From: Zygnema circumcarinatum SAG 698-1b
Lineage: Eukaryota; Plantae; Zygnematophyceae
Length of the DNA: 64,000 bases
NCBI GenBank assembly: GCA_037447605.1
Contig: CM074820.1
Location: 310,001 to 374,000, forward strand
Direction: 5' to 3'
Below are positions 39,319 to 53,034 of this stretch, piece by piece. The notes under the pieces are model-generated. The model did not search any database. It saw nothing but the letters and a program-made list of their open reading frames with translations, and had not been told where the DNA came from. Made by a program: the position numbers and the translations under genes. Each line of letters begins with the position of its first letter. Position 1 is the stretch's first letter.

Positions 39319-40134
39319 GGCGTGAGAAATGAATGGTGGAGATAAAGGAGGGACCCGTGTGAGAGGGGAGAGGAGAGGGGGAGGGAAAGGAGAGGTGGAA
39401 ACAAGTATGAGGGCTCGGCAGCACATTTTTGCTAGAATGTCAGTTTTGCTCCCATAGAGAGGCGCATGTCATTTTTGTCGCTGTTCTTTAACTTACCCTT
39501 TTTCTTTTTAAAATTACGGGACACTGGTGACGCCATTCTCTCTCCCGTATCCTCTATCCCGTATTCTCTCTCCATTGTTTTTACTTCTGCCTCTCTCTCT
39601 GCTTTTCCTATGCCTTTGGTGGGTAGAAAGCTGTTTTGTACAACGAGTGGTAGTGAGACTGCGAGTGGAGTGAGAGGAGTTGGAGTGAAAGTTGAGTGGG
39701 AGTGGTAGGAGTTGCACGAGTGGGAATGGGAGTGAGAGTGAAAGTTGAGAGTGGGAGTGGAGTGAGAATGGGAGTGGGAATATGAGTGAGAGTGGGAGTG
39801 AATGTTGAGAGTTGAGCGTGAGAGCGTGAGTGGGAGTGAAAGGTGGGAACTGAAACTGAGAGTGGGAGTTGGACTGGGTGTGGAAAGGGAGTGAGAGTGG
39901 GATGGGAGTGGTGTGTGTGGGAGAGGAAGTGATGGAGTGGGAGTGGGAGTGTGTGGGAGTGAGAGTGGGAGTGGGAGTGGGAGTGGCAGTTAGAATGAGG
40001 GCGTGCACGTGATGGGATGGAGGGGGGATGGTCCTGATGGGAGCGAGCACCGCTGGTCAACTCTCGCGTGCACCAACTCGCAAGTTTTGAACCATAAACA
40101 TTGTGCATCCCTCATGTTAGACAAAACTAGAGGG

Positions 40135-40290
40135 ACGGAACGGACCGGAACGGACCGGAACGGAACGGAACGGGACGGGACGGGATGGGACAGGACGGAA
40201 CGGGACAGGACGGGACGGGACGTAACGTCACGGAACGGGAACGAGCAGAACGAGACAGAACGGGACGGAACGCGACGACGCGGAACGGAA
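40135..40290. repeat. Degenerate (GGAAC/GGGAC)n pentanucleotide repeat
   Basis: Direct reading of the sequence. Confidence 0.8.
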
Positions 40291-40981
40291 GGGTTGATTC
40301 CTGTCAACATAGAACTCGGAGTGGTTATAGGGCAGACCAAAATGTTTTCAGGGCAGCTGTTCGGCTCGAGTGCAAATTCGCCGCCTCATGCTGACGTTTT
40401 AATTTTAATTTTAATTGGGTTTCATTTTTAGAACCCTAAAAATAATTCGGTTCTTTGGACCTTTGTGTTTAGTCTTCTGAAGTACTTTTCCTTCCCCTCC
40501 CCTTTTTTTTTTGGACAAAAAAAAAAGAAAAAAGCTCTTCATATATGAAATAATTGCATTGGTGTGACCCTTACCTTTATTATAACTCTCGGAAAAATTC
40601 CAAAATTCACTTTGGGAACCATTGCGGGAAAAAAAAGTTTAGTTTCCGCTTTAGTCCAAAAATCCAAATGCTTCCTCCACAAGTTTTTTAGCCCTAAACC
40701 GAAAGTCCATGTCTTTAACAAGGCTTACAATTTTCTTGACGCTTGAAAATTTTACAACCTTTGATAAAGTTAAAACAAAGTGGCCCAAACGTTTCTGGCT
40801 TTCATGACTTTAACGACGCTTTCAATGTTCTTGCTATAGCTCCGTATGTATCAAACGCGTGTATTAATACACTGTATAATACATGCGTATTATACAACAT
40901 TTAAAAATACAGTGTATTTTAAATGTATTTAACGTATTTATTTTATTTTCGTGCTTAGTTGAACAAAGATTGATTATAATA

Positions 40982-41922
40982 GGGTAGTGATATTTCCACC
41001 CCTTTTTTGGATCCAAACACCCCTTCCCGGCCGGGCAGATTTCAAAAGGGATTAAAAACGGAAAATGCTTTTTTCACAACTTTTTGGAATCGATACCCAC
41101 CTTGTTCCGTCGGCTGATTTTATTTTTGCTAACCAAGGAAAATGATACCCCGTCGCCGCATTTTGAATACTGTATCCCGCCTCCCTGATTTTTTTTTTTG
41201 AAGGAAAGAAATATCTGCCTGCCCGAATCTGCTCTGAGCGGAAGATCCGTCCGCCTCGAGATCCTTCGCGGGTGTCCGTCCTTCACAAGTGCGTGTCAAT
41301 CGCATCTGTCGATTTCCCTCGCAGATCGCACCACTGCAGATCACCGTTCGATCTTCGGCCGGGCTCGATCTAAGCGAATGGAAAGCGCCCACGAGTCCCG
41401 CCAAAGCGGGATCGCCCGTGCGAGTGCGCGCGTCCCTCGGCCCGAGATCTCACTCTGCTCTCAGCCAATCAACATCTACCACGTGTTACATTTTTGACGT
41501 GGAAAACTTTGATTGGTCCAAGCTCTCAATGTACGAAATTTTGGGTTCCTCAAAGTTGCGACCGTACGACATTTGTACGGACAACTTTTGAGGCGACTTT
41601 GGCGGGATACGTGGGCTCGTGCCATTCGCTGTGACCGAGCCCGGCTGCAGATCAAATAGTGATCTGCCGTGTTGTGATCTGCGAGGGAATCGACGGCTGC
41701 GATTGACCGCACGCGTGAAAAGAAATTCAGGTAGGCGGGATATTCAAAATGGGGTGACGGGTTATCATCTTGTTTCGCAAAAATAAAATCTGCCGAATGG
41801 AGGGTGGGTATCGATTCCAAAAAGGTGTGAAAAAAGCATTTTCCTTTTTTAATCCCTTTTGAAATCTGCCCGGCCGGGAAGGGGTGTTTGGATCCAAAAA
41901 AGGGGTGGAAATATCACTACCC
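40982..41922. mobile_element. Non-autonomous long-TIR DNA transposon, copy 2 (inverted relative to 25503-26450)
   Basis: Same TIRs and interior in opposite orientation. 8-bp TSD TTATAATA at 40974-40981 and 41923-41930. Confidence 0.92.
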
Positions 41923-42171
41923 TTATAATATTGAAGTTCCAGCAATTGCCAAGTCACGTCACGTGCCAAACACAACACGTGTGACTTGGTCCGTACATGC
42001 TGGTACACCCCTTCCGTACATAATTTCCGTACATATATATGTTCCGATTGTACGGCTGTTAACAGTTGCGTTAAGGTATTATACAGTGTATAATACAGTA
42101 ATACTGTATTATACATTGTATCGAACCTAAAAGAAAAAAAAAAGTTTAAGAAAAAATAAAAGTGTATAATA

Positions 42172-42328
42172 GGGGGTGTCAGACTTAACAAAATCTTACG
42201 AAAAGCGTTACGAAAAAAAAGGTTACGAAAGTACTCCGCCGCAGGAGGATCGCGATTATACTGGAGTACTCGTTCTGATGTCAAACTTACGAACACGCGT
42301 ACTGAAATTTTTTAAGTCTGACACCCCC
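42172..42328. mobile_element. 157-bp MITE
   Basis: Perfect 17-bp TIR GGGGGTGTCAGACTTAA / TTAAGTCTGACACCCCC. Flanked on both sides by TAATA (a TA or TAATA target duplication). Confidence 0.85.
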
Positions 42329-43212
42329 TAATACGGAGCTATAGTTCTTGCGCCTGAACTTTTTTCAGTATTCGATAAAGTCAGCGTAAAGTGCTCCCAA
42401 ACGTTTGTGGCGCTGCCCGTCGCTTGGAATCGACGCCCTCCCGCCGGAAGGAACTTCTCGAAAATTGACGGTCAGATTTGATCGGGGGATTCCAATCGAC
42501 GGTCAGAGGTAATCAGAGGATTCTGATCGACGGTCGAAGTTTCGCCAGATGGACAAGCACAACGCTCGAGTACCGTGCACGCAAATTCTGCCTTTTTTTT
42601 TGTTAATATTTCAACGCGATAACTGCGGCTTCGCGACGGGTACAAATGGGGCTTCCGGGAAAACGTCAATAACCAAAAATACGGTTATCTCGTGGCTGGA
42701 CCAATCAAAAGGCGCGAAGCCGCGCATTTCCTGGGACCATTTTTTTATTGGTCCAGAATTTGATTTAATTTTTTAGGACATAAATGTTGCAGGTTTCCTG
42801 TCACCAGCCATACCCAAAAGCGTACTGTGAGAGGGAGAGGGAGTGGGAGGGGAAGAGCGAGAGAGGGAGAGGAGAGGGAGAGGGAGGGAAACAGAGAGGG
42901 CGGAAGTTGCATCTCCGGAAGCGAGAGACAGATTAGGTGGGAGAGATTGGCAGGGGGAGGGAGGGGGAGCGGGGCGGTAGGGCTTTTTTTGAGTGGAGAT
43001 AAGTTGAAGTGAGAGACAGAGAGAGAGCGAGAGACAGCAGGACAGTGAGAGAGGGCGGCAGAGAGAGAGAAAGAGAGTGAAAAAGAGAGAGAAAGAGAGA
43101 GAAGCAGGTAGGTACGAGGGAAGTGGCAGTCAGAAAGCAGGAGTGTTTTAGGTCATCGTCTCACTGCATGGCTGCGTAGCCCCTGCGTGCTTCTGGGAAG
43201 CTTGTCGCAGCC

Positions 43213-43335
43213 ATGTTTGGAGCGAGCTCTCGTAACTTCCTCCTCCTTGCGCCTTTCCTTATCTCCGTTCTCTCGGAATTTCCCAGCATGTTTAGTTTCA
43301 GTCTCAGATTCAATCCCAGTTTCAGTCTCATTTTC

Positions 43336-43370
<35 letters not shown>

Positions 43371-46300
43371 CTTGCATTTCTGGGGTTTTGAGCAGTGCAC
43401 AGACCTCGTGAATGTGTAAAATAAAACACAACGCAATGTAAATTTCGAACAGCTGTCTTGCCCTTGACCTAACCAACCTTCATATACTGTTATTTATTTC
43501 TTTTCTCCGAGCAGCATTTGGGACCTCTTCGGCCTCTTCCTTCGGCGCTTCATCGGTGTTCGGTCAGCCAAATGCAAACACTGCAACGCCTTCCCTGTTT
43601 GGATTCGGAGGAAGCGCTCCGCAGCAGCAGCAGCGGCAGCCCACATTTGGGGCTTCCCCGCCTGCAGCCTTTGGGGCCTCCCCGTTTCCATTTGGCGGAG
43701 GAGGTAAGAGCCATCAATTCCGAGCGCTACATGTAGTATTTTATATCTCAATTTTTCTTTCACTGTCATTTTGTTTCGGCCTTGTCCTGGCACATTGATT
43801 CCGCGTTTGCAGGTCTTTGATGACTTTACACGTATGTATGGGGAGGTGAGGATGAGCAATTTTGCTTTTTGCTTTGCTTTTTTTTCTTTTTTTCTTTTTT
43901 GTTGTTCGGGGCTCTGCTCTGCGTTCTGTTTGCATGCTTTGTTGTGACGAGGTCATGTTGATGTCTGCTGATATCATATTGATGGAAGCGGAAGCACGGT
44001 TGGAGGCAGGCCAGTGTCATCCTGACATCATTGATTTTTCTTGGAGTCATGCTAATGCTTCTTATGATGTCATCCTGTTGCCTGCGGTTGACTGCATATG
44101 CCTTCTTGAGTTTGTTGAAGCATTTATACCGCTTCATGCCTGTGTACCTCACCTCCTTCATATCTCTTCCCTCGTGATACACAATAATGCCTGCTTGTTC
44201 CTTGCTTCTCTCAATTTACTGCACGCTCTTCAGGATACGTGTTTTCCATTTTCCTCGCAATGAGGAAAAAGGGCAGGAAATTGAATTCTATTCTACTCTA
44301 CTGCTTCTATTCTTTGCAGCAACATCTGTATTTGGCCAGTCTAGTCAGTCGACATTCGGCCAACCAAGTCAGCCTGCATTCGGGTCTACACCTTCTGGTG
44401 TGACAACACCTGCATTTGGGCCTGCCTCCACTCCTGTATTTGGAACTCCCACAACTCCTCCCACAACTCCAGCATTTGGGGTCTCAACTACCTCCACACC
44501 TGCTTTTGGATCATTGGGAGCACCTCCATTTGGTGCTTCGAGTGTTTTTGGTGCAACCACTCCTGCTTTTGGAACATCTTCTACGCCAGGATTTGGAAGT
44601 AGTGTATTCCCTGGTGAGTATATATAAGAGATATAAGAGAGGCAGAGAGTGTTGTAGTGGTCAATTTGTGGTGTTGTTGGGATCGAGTTATCTTCTGTGC
44701 TTTTGTTCTGGGCTTGATGTATTGCTGAAAATTTGAATGAGGATTAGGGAAACGCGAGGTGGATTTTCTGACACTTCTTCCCCCCCCCCTCCCCTTTTTT
44801 TTTTCTTTTTTTCTTTTTTTCTTTTTTGTTGTTCGGGGCTCTGCTCTGCGTTCTGTTTGCATGCTTTGTTGTGACGAGGTCATGTTGATGTCTGCTGATA
44901 TCATATTGATGGAAGCGGAAGCACGGTTGGAGGCAGGCCAGTGTCATCCTGACATCATTGATTTTTCTTGGAGTCATGCTAATGCTTCTTATGATGTCAT
45001 CCTGTTGCCTGCGGTTGACTGCATATGCCTTCTTGAGTTTGTTGAAGCATTTATACCGCTTCATGCCTGTGTACCTCACCTCCTTCATATCTCTTCCCTC
45101 GTGATACACAATAATGCCTGCTTGTTCCTTGCTTCTCTCAATTTACTGCACGCTCTTCAGGATACGTGTTTTCCATTTTCCTCGCAATGAGGAAAAAGGG
45201 CAGGAAATTGAATTCTATTCTACTCTACTGCTTCTATTCTTTGCAGCAACATCTGTATTTGGCCAGTCTAGTCAGTCGACATTCGGCCAACCAAGTCAGC
45301 CTGCATTCGGGTCTACACCTTCTGGTGTGACAACACCTGCATTTGGGCCTGCCTCCACTCCTGTATTTGGAACTCCCACAACTCCTCCCACAACTCCAGC
45401 ATTTGGGGTCTCAACTACCTCCACACCTGCTTTTGGATCATTGGGAGCACCTCCATTTGGTGCTTCGAGTGTTTTTGGTGCAACCACTCCTGCTTTTGGA
45501 ACATCTTCTACGCCAGGATTTGGAAGTAGTGTATTCCCTGGTGAGTATATATAAGAGATATAAGAGAGGCAGAGAGTGTTGTAGTGGTCAATTTGTGGTG
45601 TTGTTGGGATCGAGTTATCTTCTGTGCTTTTGTTCTGGGCTTGATGTATTGCTGAAAATTTGAATGAGGATTAGGGAAACGCGAGGTGGATTTTCTGACA
45701 CTTCTTCCCCCCCCCCCCCCTCCCCCTTTTTTTTTTCTTTTCTTATCACAGCATCTTCGTCACCTGTACTTTTTGGGGCTCCTCCATTTGGGAGCCAAAA
45801 AGGCGGGTCTCGAGTGGCCCCATATACACCCACAAATGATACAGATGCAGGCGCAGCGGGAAGCCAGATTGGAAAGTTCATGGCTATATCGGCAATGCCG
45901 ATATACAAAAACAAGAGTTCTGAGGAACTGAGGTGGGACGATTATCAAGCTGGGGATAAAGGTATAATATACAGTCCTTTTTCTGTGTTGACTTTCTTTT
46001 AAAATAACAATCACAAAAATGTGAAATCCGTGCTTGAGCTCCGAGTTTAAAGAATGAATCTGATCTCTCGATTGAGTAATGCTTTGTTTCTTCGAATCTG
46101 AATCTTCATCGTTTGCTTTTCTGTACTGTGGTTGTATATGAAGCTTTGCTTGCAGTACTGCATGCTGTCCTACCCCATTCTACCCCCACTTTCTTCCTCT
46201 CTCTTCTCACTTTACCCCTCCTTGTATCGCCTTGTTTTCGTGCCTTCTATTTTCCCTCTCCTTTTCTCCTTTCTTAACTCTGCTCTAATATGTTAAGTTG

Positions 46301-49300
46301 TTTCATTCCTTTCTTTTCTGTGTGTTCGCAGGTGGCCCAGCTGCTTCATCCAGTTCAGGAGCTGTGTTTGGGCAGACACAAGCAAGCCCATTTGGATCAT
46401 CTACTCCTGCTTTTGGGAGCACTCCCAATACAAACCCTTTTGGGGCTCCTGCAACAACTGCAGGCATGTTTGGTTCTACTGGAGGCGGATTTGCAGTCCC
46501 GTCCACACCTGCATTTGGGACGTCTACAACGCCTGCATTTGGAGCTTCAGCATCCCTATTTGGAGGCAGTTCAACTCCAGCATTTGGACAGAGTTCAACT
46601 TCTGTTTTTGGAGCAACTCCTCAACCAGCATTTGGGGCCCCTCCAACCTCTACTTTTGGAGCATCTCCCACCCCTAGCACAGGATTTGGGGCAACTTCCT
46701 CAACTCTGTTTGGGTCTACAACCCCTGCATTTGGGTCTTCTACCCCAGCTTTTGGAGCCAGTTCTACACCTTCTACACCTTCTTTTAGGTTTGGTGGTGC
46801 AAGCAGTAATGCTTTTGGAGCAGCAACGCCGGCATTTGAGGCTTCTTCTAGTGCATTTGGTTCTACTGCATCAGCTCCCTCCACCACTCCAACGTTCGCA
46901 TCTACTTCAAATATATTTGGCTCTGCAAGCACACCAGGTTTTGGGGGATCTATGTTCGGGTCTGCACCCACCTCCGGATTTGGGTTTGCAGGGTCGACAA
47001 ATTCTGCAGGACTTGCTCAGACAGGAGTAAGTCGACTTTCTCTAAGTTCGCTAGTATTCGTTGTTCTTCTGCTGTCCTCCCGCTCTCTCTCTCTCATTCT
47101 TGTATTGTCTCTATACCTTCTTTCCTAGTTTTGCTAGTTTTATTTTTGTTCTTCTGCTGTCTCCCTTTCGCTCTTTCTCTGTCTCACTCATTCTTCTTCT
47201 GTCCTTATTCATCTTATTTCCTAATTTGTTAGTCTTAGTTTTATCTTATGCTGTCCTCTCACTCTCCCCCCTCAGCTCTCTGTCTCACTTTCTAGTGTCC
47301 CTATTGATGTTCTTTCGATCCCTCTGTTCGCTGTTATCTCATTTGAATCTGTTATCTCAAATTAAAATTTATTTGTATTCTGGGTTATTTCTTCGCAGAC
47401 TACGCCAACATTTGGGGGCTTTGGGGCCCCATCTACTGGAAGTACAAGCTCATTCAGTTTTGGGATCCAATCTTCCCAGCCAGGTGAGAATTGTAGGCTG
47501 TACCAAGATAGGATTGTAGGTTGAGCCATTTTGTGCAGTTGGCCCTGTCCATCCATGGAAATACCTCCTTATTATCATGCAAGTTACGCTGATATTTGTG
47601 TTCTACAGCTGTAACTGGGGAGATATAGTTCCCCACAGCTCAGCCCAGTCCTACATTACACTTATAGCATGACTAGACTCTGTTGTGCTTTCGTCGGTTG
47701 CTACAAGGAGTCAAGAATGGGGGAGAGTGACTAGCAATATATGTAGAAGGGTATCCTTTTCATGCCACAAATCCTTTCATTGAGAGCTTATATAGAAGGA
47801 TTGCATGGTGGTGTTGCAGGTCAAGGTGCTGGGGGCCTTGGAGGTTCGATCTTTGGTTCACAATTTGGGCAGCAGTAAGTAACTTTTGACCCTTCGTTAC
47901 GCTTAGAAGCTTCGGAGTTTCTGATTAAAATTGCACAATCCTCTCATAATCCATGGAAAATTGATCCTTTGTTGCAGGCCTCAAACTCAGCCTGCACAAA
48001 TTCCTCAGCAATTCACTCTCCAAAGCCCCTTTGGAAATGTGCCACCCCTCCCCGATTTTCAGTTAGGACGATCGAACATGCAAGCACCATACTATGGAAT
48101 TTCGTCCATGCCTGTAAGTCTCTTATTAGCCCCGGCTTTCGTGATTCATGTCTGCTTTAGAAGTGTTTGCTTTGCCGCAGTTTGCGGCTGTTCTTATTTT
48201 GTGGATTCTTTATGCTTTTTTCCTTTGTTGACTAACTATGTTTTCATGGCTTTTGGAGCAGGTGAATAGACCGGCTCAAGTACGTGTATCCACTCTGCTT
48301 ACTCCACGTCATGTCGCTCCGCGATCAAAAGTGCGAATGCATGCAAGGCGATACCATCCTAAAAAGGATGCTCCGAGGGTAAGAATTTTGGCTACCTGTA
48401 GTTAGTAATCGTAATCTATGTAGTAACACCATTAATGGAAGTATTAGTCTAGTCAGAGTTAGGTAGCAGGGAAGTCGCTCCATTCTCAAGCAGAGAGTGT
48501 ATTCTGTGATTTATTTTGGTTGTGGATATACGGGTGCTGGTGTAATTGTGACAATTTGATGGGGCAAATGCATACCAAAAAGTATGCAATAGATGCTTTG
48601 TGGATGCATAAATAACTTGTTTCAGCTTTGGCTAAATAATTGTTAGCTAAATAACTTGGTTTTGGAAATTGTTTCTTTACAGGTTTCCTTCTTTGATGAT
48701 GGAGAAGACATGCCTACAACTCCAAAGGCTGAAATGTTTTTTGTACCGCGGGAAAATCCTCGAGCCCTTTTTGCTCGCATGCCTGACCAATCCGCTTCAG
48801 CATCATTCTTGAATCCGCAGACTCCTGAAAATGGTAATATTCGAAAGGTTTTTCTATCTTCATTTCCTCGCAAACATTGTGATTGTTGTCATTTGCATAG
48901 AAACAACTCTGCTCGCCTCCTGTAAATATTAACATGTCTGCACCCAGGAATTCAACTCTCGCCATTCCACTATCTTTACCAATGATTTCTTTATTATGCT
49001 TTGTCAGTCTGCCTTTTGGCGTGCGAGAGAGAGGGAGTAGGCATGTTAAGACTGCATGCAGTATTGAGTGTGTGGGGAACAAGTGATGACAAAAGTGTGA
49101 CTAAGCTGTTGAATTTTTGTTCAGGTGTTGAAAATCAAGATGTGGAGCCAAGCGCCGATGTGGGAACTCAGCCAACTCAACCTGAAAGTATGTTATATTA
49201 TCTCTTACTAGGGAGAAGGTTCAATTGCTTCAGTTCTAACACGCGTCATGCTAGATGTAGTTTGTTTGCTTTTGTTTAGTTCTGAAGCTAAGTTCTTTGA

Positions 49301-52300
49301 AACCCGCATGACACACTACATCATTTTGAGGACGATTTTTAACTTAAATTTTATAATACATGAACATATGTAGTACAAGAACCTACTGTCTGTGAATACT
49401 TCAACATCGGAAGAGGGCTGATGAGCCAATAGAATGGGGTTTTGGAATACTGAGAAGTGTCTTTGCCCACGAGTGTTCAAGAATGCTGATTTTTTCCTTT
49501 TCTTTGCTTTTGCTACATACGTAGCACCTGCTGCAGAAACTTTGCCTGCCCAAGAAGCTACAACAGCTGAAGAAGTGAAGGAGGAGTCCCCTGTTGGCCC
49601 TCCTCTTGCTGAAAGACCCATTCGCCCCCCATCTTCAAAACAGAATGGATCACATGCAGGCGAACACACTCATCGCGGAAATGGATATGCTTCAATCACT
49701 GGCCATAGAGCAGGTGAAGCGGCAATTGCATATGAACATGGAGCAGATATCGAAGCTTTGATGCCCAAATTAAGGAGTTCTGATTACTATACAGAGCCCC
49801 GCATTCAGGAACTTGCAGCAAAGGAAAGATTAGAGCCTGGGTATTGTCGCAGAGTTCGTGATTTTACAGTGGGTCGGAAAGGATATGGATGTGTGTGTTG
49901 GCCGGGAGCAACCGATGTTCGGCGGTTGGACCTGGAAGGGATTGTTCAGTTCAACAAATGTGAGGTTTTGGTGTATATGGATGAGAGCAAGAAACCGGAT
50001 GAGGGAGTGGGTTTGAACAAGCCGGCTCAGGTCACTCTGCAGCAAGTGAAATGTTACGACAAGGCAACTGGACGAGTGGTAAGATTGTCATTTATTCTTA
50101 AAAACTATTGAAATTTATCCTTGGGAACTGGTGTGAATATGTCTAGCAGTTTTGGGTGATCAACTGCAGAGTTGCTGAGAATCTATGCTAGTTGCTTAGT
50201 TTGACTGGTTAGCAGAATTATATTGAATTGAGTTGACAGGAAATTTTAGGGATTTTCGTGCTGTTTGTTCACCTGAAATTGGTATATCAGAGTATTTAAT
50301 CACGCAGGAGTGTGTGTACATTGTCCAGTAAAAGTGTTAGGAAGAGATGCAACCCTACTGAAGTTTCCAAATTTCTGGCCTTCCTGCATCTGACAGTTCC
50401 ACATTGTTTTTTCTGATTTCTCGAAATGTTGGACTGAACATGTGATAGCAGGCGACAGATGGACCGACAGTGGAAAACTTCGAGAAGCGATTGCGAGCAA
50501 AGGCAGAAGAACAAAATGCCGTTTTTGTCTCCTACGATCCTGTAAAAGCAGAATGGAAATTCAATGTGGAGCATTTCAGCAAGTATGGATTTTACGATGA
50601 AGAAGATGGGAATGCGAATCATGAGGAGGCTGGTAGAATAGAAGGCAAGCAGCAGGTTGAACCAATGGATGGAATGCAGGAAGAAACCCCTTCATTTGGT
50701 GATGGTTTCGCAGTTGGACAGAAGGAAGGAGAAGGCCTGGAAATTGCGGTTTCTGCAGGGGAGGAAGCGGAGATGCAGGATAATATGCAGAATAGTTCAG
50801 ATGGGAGAATGGTAGAGAGAGGTGCTATTTCACGCCATGGCTCACTCCTGCATGCTCTCCCAGCTCATCTTCGACTCGATCCGCTCAAACTTCTACACAT
50901 GCGAAGTGCTTTGTTATCAGAGGACGACAACATTGAGAACACTGAGGAGAATATTGCACAGAAATATCTCCAAGAAAAAGACCCAAATGTGGCGTCGGAA
51001 AAATCCCCATTTGACATTCTGAAAAGCGATGCACCCATGCGAAAGGGGAAGGCTTGGATAACTCCGGAAAAGGTCAATTCATGGCAGCAAAAAGGTGCGT
51101 TGAATGTGGGGATGAAATCTCCGAGTCCGAATCGACGTGGGCTGCAGAACTTCCCTTTGGTAGATTCCATCACTCGTCCACTCTTAACTTGGCCTGGTCA
51201 CAGTTCTTTCCAACAGAAGCCTGGAAATTCTCCGTATAATGTTCTGCGATTTCCTAAAGTGAACTTCAAGGAGGATTCTGCTGTTTCAACTGTTCTAGGA
51301 AGGGAAGCTCAGGGGGCTGATGCTGGTCTTTTTTTTGGAAGGTCATTTAGAGTGGGATGGGGCCCGAATGGGGTTTTTGCGCATTCGGGAATGCGAGTGG
51401 GGGCGAGTGAGAAGAATGTAAAGGGGGGGCTTCCAAAAATCATTATTCAGAAAGTGGCTTTTGATCAGTCAGTACGTGATAGCAGCGGAGAAGTGAAAAA
51501 GGAGCTTGTGCAGACTCGGTTTGTGAATCCGTTACTGTTACATCAGGAGCTCAGTTATACTGAAACTGTGAACAGTTCAAGCATCCTGCCTGAGCTCGGG
51601 AATGCATTGCAGCTGAGGAAGGTTAAATGCAGTCAAGTCATGCTTGTTGATATCTGCAACAAGTACAAGATTCTCGCGAAAAGCATGCAAGAACAGACAG
51701 GAATTTCCCCTCCCACTGCCCTTCTCTCCCAGCACCAACAGATAGTGTGGGAGTTGACTAAAATTCTCTTCACAGACTGGGAGAATGCTAGGCCATTTGA
51801 GCAATTTGGTGATGCAACTGCAGGCCCAAATGGACTGGTCCAATCATCACAGAGAACTTCTCTGCAGGAGGCTGATGTGGAAGATGTAGAGAATATGGAA
51901 GACGGGGAGGATTTGGACCCTATTGATGGGTCGGAAGAGGCTGCTGAAGGTACAATAGTTGTACAAGGAGACGATGAAGATGCTGGAGATCAGACTTCCA
52001 TGGAGGATTTTGTTGAACCCGAGGTTTTTCCTCCTTCTTCAGAAGCAGGTGAATTCAGAAAGAGTACTATTGGGCGTGAGGCAGCTCTCTTTATTCATAG
52101 AGCGAGCATAAGTCGGTGGATTGAAGAGAATGTCGAACGGCTTGTTGAGAGAGACTTGCACAATCTTTCTGAAGTGGATGGTTTAGAGGCTATCTTCTTC
52201 CATCTAACTGGGCATCAGTACGAGCCGGCAGTTGTGAAGGCTATTGTTAGAGGGGATGTACGGTTGGGTCTTCTCCTCTCTGAGGGAGGAATTTCATCCA

Positions 52301-52773
52301 TTACTCAGGCAGACATGAATGAGCAAATCGTGCAGTGGAAGGAGCAGGCTTTAGACAAGGCTATAGAAGAGGAGAGGCTGTCAATATTCCAACTCTTAGG
52401 GGGAGACTTGAATGAAGCTCTTAAGGGAAAATCTATAGATTGGAAACGGTATTTGGGGCTTCTGATGTGGTACAAGATGCCTCCAAACACCGACCTAAAA
52501 ACCATCATTAGGGCATTTGAGAGCAATGTGAACAACGGTCTTGCTCCTCAGCCTATTCCTATGTATGTTGAGGAGGGAATTGAAGTTGGGGCCCCACCTG
52601 CTCTAAGTAAAGCAGCTTATGATGTTTGTTACCAACTCTTGTTGCTCCATGCTCATGCAATGGAGGGTGTTATCTTGGGAGGAGAAACTGTCTCAAAAAT
52701 GTTTCGAACGGCCTCCTTTACTTTTGATTGGCTCGATGCGGAACTTAGCTGGCATCTGCACTCAGTCCTTGAG
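43213..52773 (+). CDS. NUP98-96: Nuclear pore NUP98-NUP96 precursor (FG repeats, GLEBS, autoproteolytic domain, Nup96 body); 3' end cut off by the 100-N gap
   Basis: Exons 43213-43231, 43515-43703, 44320-44613, 45247-45540, 45752-45961 ([25 protein letters not shown]), 46332-47026, 47399-47483, 47820-47874, 47978-48113, 48262-48378, 48683-48833, 49125-49187, 49525-50078 and 50452-52773 splice in phase. Peptidase S59 domain [10 protein letters not shown]...WKFNVEHFS is followed in the same exon by Nup96 motifs ([25 protein letters not shown]). Confidence 0.93.
43880..45733 (+). repeat. 927-bp tandem duplication including one whole FG exon of NUP98
   Basis: Features recur with an exact 927-nt offset (exon 44320-44613 vs 45247-45540). 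The copies appear identical apart from homopolymer lengths. Confidence 0.95.
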
Positions 52774-52838
52774 GTATGTATACCTGAAAATATCAGAAAA
52801 ACCCAAATACCCAATTACCCAATTACCCAAATGCATAA

Positions 52839-52938
52839 NNNNNNNNNNNNNNNNNNNNNNNNNNNNNNNNNNNNNNNNNNNNNNNNNNNNNNNNNNNNNN
52901 NNNNNNNNNNNNNNNNNNNNNNNNNNNNNNNNNNNNNN
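52839..52938. other. 100-N scaffold gap separating the NUP98-96 contig from the retrotransposon nest
   Basis: Run of 100 N. Confidence 0.99.
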
Positions 52939-53034
52939 TTTTTCCATTTGTACTTCGTTCCAGTTACACGCCTGCTGTTGCACACGCTAAGTGGGTCCGC
53001 TACATTCAGCTACGAGGCTTTGTATACACAGCAC

